DNA of 24,813 nucleotides from a virus (taxonomy: Duplodnaviria > Caudoviricetes): IMG/VR virus record IMGVR_UViG_3300016484_000453, positions 1-24,813 of that record. One strand, written 5' to 3'. Shown here piece by piece: positions 8,787-16,673 of the stretch (position 1 is the first letter of the stretch; every line of letters starts with the position of its first letter). A model generated the notes under the pieces. It was not told the DNA's origin. It did no database searches and saw only the letters and a program-made list of their open reading frames with translations. The translations under genes were made by a program, and so were the position numbers.

Positions 8787-9555
8787 TCTTATAAAGGCTA
8801 AAACTTTCGGTTCACTAGACCATGATATGTACTTCAATACAGATGTTAGTATTTCTTTTGATACATTAGAACATTCTAAAACATCTAATATAAAAGTTTT
8901 GGTACAAATAGAACCACCAGAAATACAAGATCAAAAAAAAATTTTTATAGAAAACCATAAAATATTTGATTTAATTTTAACATGGGATGAAGATATTTTA
9001 GATTCTTGTGATAATGCTAAAAAATTTATTTTTGGTACGTGTTGGATAGACTTTGATTCTTTTAAACCTAATAAAAGAAATAAAATATCATTTATTTTAT
9101 CTAATAAAAATTATGCCCCAGGTCACATATTGAGACATGGAGTATGGGGTTATTTGTCAAATAAAACAAGTATTAATAATTTTGAGTTATTAAAAATAAT
9201 GACACCACCTAGAATCGAAAGTAAAAATATTCTATTTGAAGATTCAAAATATCATATAGTAATCGAAAACTGTTCTAGAAAGAATTGGGTTACAGAAAAA
9301 TTAATAGACTGCTTATCTACTAAAACCATACCGATATATTGGGGGTGTTCTAATATAGGTGAAATCTTTAACGAAAAAGGTATTATAAAATTTAAAAATA
9401 TAGATGAATTAAATTTTATATTAGAAACTTTAGATATGGATTTTTATGAGAAATCAATTAATGTTATAGAAGAGAATTATGAAAAATCTAAAGAATACTT
9501 TGATTTTTATGGTAGAATAACTAATGAAATAAATAAATATATATTAAAAAAATAG
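8776..9555 (+). CDS. GT10 alpha-1,3-fucosyltransferase-like glycosyltransferase
   Basis: KYHIVIENCSRKNWVTEKLIDCLSTKTIPIYWG is the GT10 alpha-1,3-FucT motif (YxFxxxxEN...YxTEK...PIYxG). Confidence 0.82.
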   Translation: MKNNLIKAKTFGSLDHDMYFNTDVSISFDTLEHSKTSNIKVLVQIEPPEIQDQKKIFIENHKIFDLILTWDEDILDSCDNAKKFIFGTCWIDFDSFKPNKRNKISFILSNKNYAPGHILRHGVWGYLSNKTSINNFELLKIMTPPRIESKNILFEDSKYHIVIENCSRKNWVTEKLIDCLSTKTIPIYWGCSNIGEIFNEKGIIKFKNIDELNFILETLDMDFYEKSINVIEENYEKSKEYFDFYGRITNEINKYILKK

Positions 9556-9556
9556 T

Positions 9557-10309
9557 ATGGTCAGAAAAAAAGGTAAAATTAATACTCAGGAGGCTTATGA
9601 CGAGTATTTAAACAATGACTCAATCAATAAAGAATTTGGTTCATATAAAACTGTTAAATTATCAGATAAACAATACGAACTTTTTAATGGTATAAAAAAT
9701 TCTAGAATTTCTACTATTGTCGGTCCTCCAGGTACATCGAAAACTTTTACAGCTTGTTGGGCGGCGGTTAAAGCTTTACAAAAAGGTGAAATTAAAAGAA
9801 TTGTTTTGGTTAAACCGTTAGAGACTTCTGGTGAAGATTTAGGGTTTCTACCTGGGTCTGAAAAAGATAAAGTACAACCATTTATGGAATCCTTCCTAGA
9901 TAACTTAATTGAAATGATGGACGGTAGAACTCTTAAAATGTTAATAGATAATGGTACAATTAAGTTTGAACCTATTGCCTATATGAGGGGTCGTACTTTT
10001 AAACATTCATTCATTATTTGTGATGAGATGCAAAACGCTGACATTAAACAATTAATGACAACAATTACTCGTTTTGGTGAAGGTTCTAAAATAACAATTA
10101 TCGGAGATTCAAGACAGAATGATATTAATGAAAAGTATGTGGCCTTAGATTTCTTTGTTAAAGAAATTTTAGGTGAAGACGACCAGATGTTCCATTTTAG
10201 ATTTGATAGGGATGATATAGTTAGAGACCCATTACTTATTAAGATTATAGATAATTACGAAAAAGCTTTGGCTGACGGACGTATACCTAATACTAAAAGA
10301 AAAAATTAA
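9557..10309 (+). CDS. phoH: PhoH-family ATPase
   Basis: GPPGTSKT Walker A variant, LGFLPG, AYMRGRTF, ICDEMQN, TRFGEGSK, GDSRQND, DIVRDPL. Confidence 0.95.
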   Translation: MVRKKGKINTQEAYDEYLNNDSINKEFGSYKTVKLSDKQYELFNGIKNSRISTIVGPPGTSKTFTACWAAVKALQKGEIKRIVLVKPLETSGEDLGFLPGSEKDKVQPFMESFLDNLIEMMDGRTLKMLIDNGTIKFEPIAYMRGRTFKHSFIICDEMQNADIKQLMTTITRFGEGSKITIIGDSRQNDINEKYVALDFFVKEILGEDDQMFHFRFDRDDIVRDPLLIKIIDNYEKALADGRIPNTKRKN

Positions 10310-10311
10310 TT

Positions 10312-10461
10312 ATGGACAATTACCATCTAATGAATAGATTTGGTGAAACCATCAAACAATTAAAAGCTAGTAATATTGAGGAGGCTATTGAACTATTCTC
10401 ACAAATAAAAAATCTTGATAAAAAAGAATTACTTAAAATTTATACTGTTATAAAAAAATGA
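10312..10461 (+). CDS. Small hypothetical protein (49 aa), missing from the ORF track
   Basis: ATG 2 nt after the phoH stop; MDNYHLMNRFGETIKQLKASNIEEAIELFSQIKNLDKKELLKIYTVIKK; its TGA overlaps the next ATG (ATGA), filling the gap exactly. Confidence 0.75.
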   Translation: MDNYHLMNRFGETIKQLKASNIEEAIELFSQIKNLDKKELLKIYTVIKK

Positions 10462-11159
10462 AAATAGGATTATCAATAGACGGTGTTTTACGTGACCTTT
10501 TTGGTAAAATAGAGGACACACACCAAAAATATTTCCCACCTGAAAATGAAAATGAAGACGGGATTAAAATTTTAGATTATGAGTTTGATAAATGGTTACA
10601 CTTCCCAGAAGAAGAAACTAAACAAGCTGAGTTAGAGTTTAACCCAGATTTTGAAGAGTCCTCTTTTATGGAAGAGGAACAAACAATAGACTTTGTAAAA
10701 ACAAAAACTAAGGTAACAGTAGAGGAATTTCTTTATGAAAAATGTACATTAGAAATATTTGGTTATGCCGGAGAATCTACTAACTCAGTAGTTGAGAGCC
10801 TTAATCAATTAATTTTAGAAAACCCAAACCATGAATTTATTCTATTAAGTCGTGAAATAGGGTTATCGATCCCATCGACACTTTTCTTTTTATCTAAAAC
10901 AAAATGTATGTGTCAAAATATAAAATTTGTTTTAGATAATGAATCTGTTTGGGATCATGTGGATGTTATGATAACAGATCACCCAAAAATTATTACAAGT
11001 AAACCAGAGAATAAAGTTTGTGTTAAAGTAGAAAAAGATTTTAATAAATTATTAACACAATCAAATATTGTTATCAAATCAATTAAAGAATTAGATTCAA
11101 CATCCTTAAACTCAATAGAAAATATTTTAACAAATGGTAAGGGAGAATGGACTCTATAA
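10458..11159 (+). CDS. HAD-superfamily 5'(3')-deoxyribonucleotidase-like protein with degenerate motif I
   Basis: MKIGLSIDGVLRD (cf. IxxDxDGVLxD), FILLSR (motif II), DVMITDHP (motif IV). Confidence 0.6.
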   Translation: MKIGLSIDGVLRDLFGKIEDTHQKYFPPENENEDGIKILDYEFDKWLHFPEEETKQAELEFNPDFEESSFMEEEQTIDFVKTKTKVTVEEFLYEKCTLEIFGYAGESTNSVVESLNQLILENPNHEFILLSREIGLSIPSTLFFLSKTKCMCQNIKFVLDNESVWDHVDVMITDHPKIITSKPENKVCVKVEKDFNKLLTQSNIVIKSIKELDSTSLNSIENILTNGKGEWTL

Positions 11160-11195
11160 AGTTTACATCTGTAAAATTATGATTAATTATTAACT

Positions 11196-11537
11196 ATGGA
11201 AGGATTATTTAAAATAGCTAAAGAAGAGTTTTATTTTGATATAGATAAAATATCTGATTACATAAGAATTGACGGGTCAGTAGACCAACTTTTTCAAAAA
11301 CCTTTATTAGTTGAGAACGAAGAGGATGGTGAAAATGAGGTAGGTCAACAAGACCACCAATTAATCGATGTTGCTAAATGGGAAATCATTAAAGCAATGA
11401 CTGATACAGTATTAAATGAAAACGGTGTTATAGACGAATCTATGGGTATAACGAAATTGGGTGACCAATTGTCAATACCTTTTAGACTGGCATTTAACAC
11501 ATTATTAAAACATAAAATTATAAAGAAAAATGGATAA
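11196..11537 (+). CDS. Hypothetical phage protein
   Basis: 113 aa acidic ORF ending SIPFRLAFNTLLKHKII, overlapping the next gene; no function recognisable. Confidence 0.75.
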   Translation: MEGLFKIAKEEFYFDIDKISDYIRIDGSVDQLFQKPLLVENEEDGENEVGQQDHQLIDVAKWEIIKAMTDTVLNENGVIDESMGITKLGDQLSIPFRLAFNTLLKHKIIKKNG

Positions 11538-12630
11538 TAAAGAAGAAATCGTAAAATCTCTTACGGAGAATTTAGGGAAAATGGAGAATAAAGACTTCGC
11601 AATTTATTTTTTTGTTATTGACACTAAAGGGTCACCTGTTGGCTCAGTTTCTAACATCTACGAACACGTTAAAGTTTTAAATGAATTGGGTTATAAAGCC
11701 TTTGTTTTACACGAAAAAAATGATTACAAAGATAATCAAATTAACTACATTAAAGGTTGGTTAGGTGAAGAATACGGTAATTTACCACACGCTTCTATCG
11801 AAGACCAGTCTATCAAGGTAACACCAACAGATTTTGTTATCATACCTGAATTATTTGCTAATGTAATGGAACAAACGGCTAAATTACCCGCTAAAAGAGT
11901 TGTATTGTGTCAGGCTTATGATTACATCACAGAAACTTTACAACCAGGTAAAGGGTGGAGAGATTACGGTATTACAGATTGTATTACAACAACTGAACCA
12001 CAAAAAGTTTATATTGAAAGTTTATTCAACGGAACGGTAAAAACTAGTGTTATTCCAGTTAGTGTAGACGATACATTTGCTAAACCTAAAAAACCTAAAA
12101 AACCTATCGTAGCTATTTTTACTAGAGACCAAAGAGACACAGTAAAGATATTTAAAACTTTTTATTTAAAATACCCACATTTAAAATGGGTCACTTTTAG
12201 AGATATGCGAGGTATGTCTAAAGATTTATTTTCTAAAGCTTTAGCTGAATCTTGTGTTTCTGTTTGGGTTGACGATGTTGCTGGATTTGGTGGGTTCGCT
12301 ATTGAATCTATGAAATGTGGTACACCAGTTATTGGTAAAATTCCTAATCTACTTAATGGTTGGATGACTGATAAAAATGGTATATGGGTTGACAGTATTA
12401 ATGCTATTCCAGAGATTTTATCTAAATACTTACAAGCTTGGTTAGAAGATAACCATCCAGAAGAATTATTTGAAAGTATGGAAGAGACTGTGAATAACTT
12501 TACACCAGAAATCCAAAAACAAAAAATTCAGGAAGTTTACGGCGAATTGTTTACCAACAGAACAAATGAATTTGTTGAAGCTTTAAAAAAATATGAAGAA
12601 AATAATGTTGAAGAAAAAATTAATGAATAA
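11530..12630 (+). CDS. GT-B glycosyltransferase (GT4-like)
   Basis: IYEHVKVLNELGY, DFVIIPE, and AGFGGFAIESMKCGTPVIG (GT4 EGFGxxxxEAMxxGxPV motif). Confidence 0.78.
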   Translation: MDNKEEIVKSLTENLGKMENKDFAIYFFVIDTKGSPVGSVSNIYEHVKVLNELGYKAFVLHEKNDYKDNQINYIKGWLGEEYGNLPHASIEDQSIKVTPTDFVIIPELFANVMEQTAKLPAKRVVLCQAYDYITETLQPGKGWRDYGITDCITTTEPQKVYIESLFNGTVKTSVIPVSVDDTFAKPKKPKKPIVAIFTRDQRDTVKIFKTFYLKYPHLKWVTFRDMRGMSKDLFSKALAESCVSVWVDDVAGFGGFAIESMKCGTPVIGKIPNLLNGWMTDKNGIWVDSINAIPEILSKYLQAWLEDNHPEELFESMEETVNNFTPEIQKQKIQEVYGELFTNRTNEFVEALKKYEENNVEEKINE

Positions 12631-13442
12631 TGGAAAGTAATTTAACAGTAATATTACCAGTTGTAACACTTAATGAGGAAGAAAAAAATCTTTTTGCTAA
12701 TGCTATTGGTAGTGTTAGAGAACAAAAAGTTTTACCTACTAAATTGTTAATAGTAATCCCAAAAAACGGGGATTTGAAAAAAGAATTAGAATCTTATGAT
12801 TTTGGAGATAAGCTCTCTGAAATAGTATCAATTGTTGAAAATGATGGTGAAACAGATTTTTGTTCACAAATTAACTTTGGTGTAAACAAGACAGAAACAG
12901 AATGGTTTTCGATTTTAGAATTTGATGATGTATACTCTAATATCTGGTTTGATAATTTCGTTACATATAAGAATAGTTACGAAGATGTAGATGTATTTTT
13001 ACCAATAGTATTAGACGTGAATACTGATAACCAATTCATTCACTTTACAAACGAACCTGTATGGGCAAAAGACTTTTGTGAAAATATGGGATTCTTAGAT
13101 AATGACGCTTTATTGAACTTCCCTAATTTCCAAATTTCAGGGTCTGTAATTAAGAAAGATGTATTTACTGGTGTTGGTGGTTTAAAAGGAAATGTTAAAA
13201 TGTTCTTTAACTACGAACTTCTTTTAAGAATGAGTTATTATGATAAGAAAATTATGGTAATCCCTAAAATTGGGTACAAAAAAGTTAATATGAGACCTGA
13301 TTCATTGTTTTGGAGATACAAAAATGTTCAAGGAGAAATTATTGACCCTAATGAATCTAGATTTTGGTACAATACGGCTAGAAAAGAATGTTATTTTAAA
13401 ACTGATAGAGGTATAAAATATGATGTTGAAAATGTTGCTTAA
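12630..13442 (+). CDS. GT-A glycosyltransferase (GT2-like)
   Basis: LTVILPV, AIGSVREQ, QINFGVNKTETEWFSILEFDD (ExDD), YELLLRM; TAATG coupling to upstream gene. Confidence 0.8.
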   Translation: MESNLTVILPVVTLNEEEKNLFANAIGSVREQKVLPTKLLIVIPKNGDLKKELESYDFGDKLSEIVSIVENDGETDFCSQINFGVNKTETEWFSILEFDDVYSNIWFDNFVTYKNSYEDVDVFLPIVLDVNTDNQFIHFTNEPVWAKDFCENMGFLDNDALLNFPNFQISGSVIKKDVFTGVGGLKGNVKMFFNYELLLRMSYYDKKIMVIPKIGYKKVNMRPDSLFWRYKNVQGEIIDPNESRFWYNTARKECYFKTDRGIKYDVENVA

Positions 13443-13445
13443 TTT

Positions 13446-14222
13446 ATGTCAGAGAAAAAAGTTAGGGGTAGAAAACCTAGTGATAAAAAATCTTATTTTG
13501 ATGTAGATGAAGAAGAAGCTGTAAGAAAATTTATTTCAATTGGCACTATGGTCTTTGACCCTAGTGCCCTTGATAATTATAGATGGTCTGGAAGCACAGA
13601 ACAATCTAGAGAAAGGGATAAGATATATAAAGACCATTTAAGGTACCCTTTAGATAAAATGGTAGAGAGTATTATACGTAAGTATAAATTATACCCAAAA
13701 ACAACCTCATTTGAAGATGCCCATTCAGATGCTTTATCATTCTTAATGATAAAATTCCACAAATTTAAACCAGATAAGGATAAAAAATCTTATTCATACT
13801 TTGGTACTATCTGTAAAAGATATCTATTAGGTCGACTAATTAAAGACGATAAAAAAATCAAATCTATTTTACCTTACGAAGATTTCTCTACTCAAATTGA
13901 AGAGGATGTTGAGAACAGTTATGAAATTGATAATGATACTGTTGATCTAAGTCTATTTATATCTAAAATATCTGATAGTATTAGAGAAGAGATGGAGAAT
14001 AAAATTTTAAATGAAAACGAATTAAAAGTTGGTAACTCATTGATTAAAATTTTAGACGAGTGGGATAATATTTTTAGTGATGAAATTAGTAAAAACAAAA
14101 AGTATAATAAAAATTTAATTTTATTATATATGAGAAATATGACTTCATTAAATACTAAAGATATTCGTAACGCAATGAAAAGATATAAAACTATATATAA
14201 AATGTTAAAAGACGATTTATAA
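13446..14222 (+). CDS. Phage sigma-factor-like protein (T4 gp55-like late sigma candidate)
   Basis: PLDKMVESIIRKY...EDAHSDALSFLMIKFHKFKPDKDKKSYSYFGTICKRYL resembles sigma region 2 (FDPxKxxxxFxYFxxI) of gp55/sigma70 proteins. Confidence 0.65.
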   Translation: MSEKKVRGRKPSDKKSYFDVDEEEAVRKFISIGTMVFDPSALDNYRWSGSTEQSRERDKIYKDHLRYPLDKMVESIIRKYKLYPKTTSFEDAHSDALSFLMIKFHKFKPDKDKKSYSYFGTICKRYLLGRLIKDDKKIKSILPYEDFSTQIEEDVENSYEIDNDTVDLSLFISKISDSIREEMENKILNENELKVGNSLIKILDEWDNIFSDEISKNKKYNKNLILLYMRNMTSLNTKDIRNAMKRYKTIYKMLKDDL

Positions 14223-14236
14223 AATCCTTATTACAA

Positions 14237-14244
14237 ATATTTAT
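14237..14244 (+). promoter_or_regulatory. Putative late promoter motif ATATTTAT
   Basis: In the 35-nt intergenic gap, 13 nt before ATG 14258; same 8-mer precedes four other operon starts. Confidence 0.55.
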
Positions 14245-14257
14245 ATATAAAATTACC

Positions 14258-14617
14258 ATGGCAAGACCAAAGAAAAAAGACGTTAAATTAAGTACCGATA
14301 GTTTTTTATCTATAGCGCAAGAAGCTTACAATGAACTAGTGGAACAACGTAGTACTGCTATTAGACAAATAAATGAAAATAAAAAAGCGGTAGAGGTTGA
14401 GGATGTTCATGACTTAGTTAATTTAAATAAAGCTAATACTGATTTATTAAAGTTGGTTGATAGTACTATTGATAAAAAATTAACAATAGTTAAGTTGATG
14501 AGTCAATTAATTTTTAAGGGTGAGAATTTAGATAGTAATGTTAGTAACGGACAATTAACGCCTGAAGATGTTGAGTTATTAAGAACTATCATGACAAAAG
14601 ATGATGATAAAAATTAA
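14258..14617 (+). CDS. Hypothetical helical/coiled-coil protein
   Basis: 119 aa ORF, first gene after the ATATTTAT motif. Confidence 0.75.
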   Translation: MARPKKKDVKLSTDSFLSIAQEAYNELVEQRSTAIRQINENKKAVEVEDVHDLVNLNKANTDLLKLVDSTIDKKLTIVKLMSQLIFKGENLDSNVSNGQLTPEDVELLRTIMTKDDDKN

Positions 14618-14619
14618 TA

Positions 14620-16050
14620 ATGGGTTTTATAGAAGATAAAGATGCATTATTTGGTCAAATATCAGTAGTTAAAGGTATTGAAGAAAATTTTCCTGCCTTT
14701 AAAAAGGGTGAAGAGACTTTCCAATCCGTAAAAAGTAAAAAAGGTAATCTAATACCTATGTTTATGGATTTACTAAAAAATTTAGTAGATTCATCTGAAA
14801 TGAAAACAGAGTTGAATAAATTCTTAGTTAAATCAGATAAGATTGAACAGAAGATAAAGGATAAAATTGCTGAAAAAATAATAGAAACATATACTAAAAA
14901 CTTCGATTTTACTTTAACAGCCGGTACGGTATTCCAGACTTCAATATTAAACATAGACCTTAACGACATGTTAAAACCAGACCCAAGTACGGAGATGGGT
15001 AAATTCTATTACACTAAAGTAGAATTTAGTGGTAATACTAGTCAAAATTTAGCTAATAAAGATTTTAACCAAGTATTACGTGATGCTACTCAAACTGGTT
15101 CAGCTTCATGGGGTGATTTGCTTGACATGACTTTTACGGCCGAGACTGGTACAATCCAAGTTTCATTAAATAATAGTTATTCTAATAAAAGTTTTGAAAC
15201 GTTTGTTTGGGCTATGTTAAACAGTGTTCAGTTATTTAAACCTAGTCAGTTAGTTACAAAAATAATTGACAATATGTATGGTACAGTATCATCGTTAGGT
15301 GAATTTGGTTTAGATTGGATAGAAAACCAGGTTAAATTAGCCAAACTTGTTGACAAAATCATTGAGAAAGAATCTTTTACAACTACTACAAATGTTTACG
15401 AAAATGATTTTTTTACTTTTAATAAAGCTGAACTTGATGAAATATCAAATAAAGCTAACGCAATTTATAATGGAGTAAATTTAGCTGATTTAGGTTGTGG
15501 ATTTGGTGAGTCTTTTATTGACTTAAATTCTTTTAATGACTCATTTAATAAGATGAATGACTCAAGACCATCATTAGTTAAAGAATCTATGGTTAGTTTT
15601 ACTAATAATTTAATAAAACAATCTACAGTAGATGTTAGTGATGAGAATAAAAAAAATGTAGAATTAAATATCATATCTGAAATATTTAAAAATTTACCAT
15701 CAATCTTCACTAACTTTGCTTTGTCACCAGCTATAGTAACACTATTCCAGATGTGTGAATCTATGGTAAACGGTCCGGCATTAGATTTCCAGGCAAATAC
15801 ATTAGAAGGTACTAGAACAGGTAACTTTATACAAAAGTTACGTGAACCTATGTCATGTATAATTAAAGAGATATACGCGATATTAATTGAATTTTTATAC
15901 GATAGAATTAAAGCTGAAGTTATAAAATTAGCTAAAAAATTATTAGCTAAAATATTAGCTGACCAGGCTGAAAATTATATAAAAATATTAAAAATAATTA
16001 ATGAAATAAAAAGTAGGGTAGAATCCATTAGTGAACTAATAGGTAAATAA
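14620..16050 (+). CDS. Hypothetical protein, probably structural (baseplate region)
   Basis: 476 aa ORF in operon with the spike gene; no motif recognised, function inferred from context only. Confidence 0.7.
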   Translation: MGFIEDKDALFGQISVVKGIEENFPAFKKGEETFQSVKSKKGNLIPMFMDLLKNLVDSSEMKTELNKFLVKSDKIEQKIKDKIAEKIIETYTKNFDFTLTAGTVFQTSILNIDLNDMLKPDPSTEMGKFYYTKVEFSGNTSQNLANKDFNQVLRDATQTGSASWGDLLDMTFTAETGTIQVSLNNSYSNKSFETFVWAMLNSVQLFKPSQLVTKIIDNMYGTVSSLGEFGLDWIENQVKLAKLVDKIIEKESFTTTTNVYENDFFTFNKAELDEISNKANAIYNGVNLADLGCGFGESFIDLNSFNDSFNKMNDSRPSLVKESMVSFTNNLIKQSTVDVSDENKKNVELNIISEIFKNLPSIFTNFALSPAIVTLFQMCESMVNGPALDFQANTLEGTRTGNFIQKLREPMSCIIKEIYAILIEFLYDRIKAEVIKLAKKLLAKILADQAENYIKILKIINEIKSRVESISELIGK

Positions 16051-16060
16051 AAATTTTAAT

Positions 16061-16486
16061 ATGAATAGTAATATAGATAGTAACAATAATATAGATTTCA
16101 GTAAAGCTCCACAAGTTATTAAAGCATTACTTAAACTTTTTAAAGTACCAGTGATACCAGCACCAAATGTGAGTAAGGTACAAACACTAACGTCAACACT
16201 GAGACCTGGATTATCTGCAACAAAAATAGCCGCTAATATAATAAAAAGGCAGTCAGAAGCTGGTGCACCAATAGGTGTATTAGATGATGGTACCGATAAT
16301 ATTAGTGAAAAAATGGAAAGGATAAGGGTTGAAGAGATTGTTAACGCTTTAATTAGTGATGCTAGAATAACTGTAACAGTGTTACCTGGTCAAACAATAC
16401 AAGGTTCTGGGGGTAATGCTGGTGGTCCAGTGGCAGTAGTAGGTCAAACATTAACATTAGGTAAGGGAACAGGATTAATTCAATAA
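16061..16486 (+). CDS. Hypothetical protein with Gly-rich beta-strand C-terminus, probably structural
   Basis: RPGLSA..IAANII; C-terminal VTVLPGQTIQGSGGNAGGPVAVVGQT; upstream of spike gene. Confidence 0.7.
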   Translation: MNSNIDSNNNIDFSKAPQVIKALLKLFKVPVIPAPNVSKVQTLTSTLRPGLSATKIAANIIKRQSEAGAPIGVLDDGTDNISEKMERIRVEEIVNALISDARITVTVLPGQTIQGSGGNAGGPVAVVGQTLTLGKGTGLIQ

Positions 16487-16487
16487 T

Positions 16488-16673
16488 ATGAAAAAAACAG
16501 AGTTACAAAATAAAAATAATTCAGACTTACTTTTATTACAAAAAGAAAAAAGAGATGAGTTTGAAAAGGTTAAATTTCAAATAGTCAAACTTTACGATTA
16601 TTGGATGTCTATCGAATCTGATTATAATGAAATAACTGAAGAAGTTAATAAAAGAAATTTAAATAAAAATTAA
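16488..16673 (+). CDS. Small coiled-coil hypothetical protein
   Basis: 61 aa helical ORF, 1 nt after previous stop and TAATG-coupled to the spike gene. Confidence 0.7.
   Translation: MKKTELQNKNNSDLLLLQKEKRDEFEKVKFQIVKLYDYWMSIESDYNEITEEVNKRNLNKN

Noticed and set aside
1-9555. Bacterial O-antigen/capsule locus or prophage-host junction
   Set aside because: No flippase, polymerase, integrase or att-like site visible; operon is contiguous with phage core genes in the same style.
12082-12105. AAACCTAAA tandem repeat
   Set aside because: Simply encodes KPKKPKKP in frame; low-complexity coding sequence.
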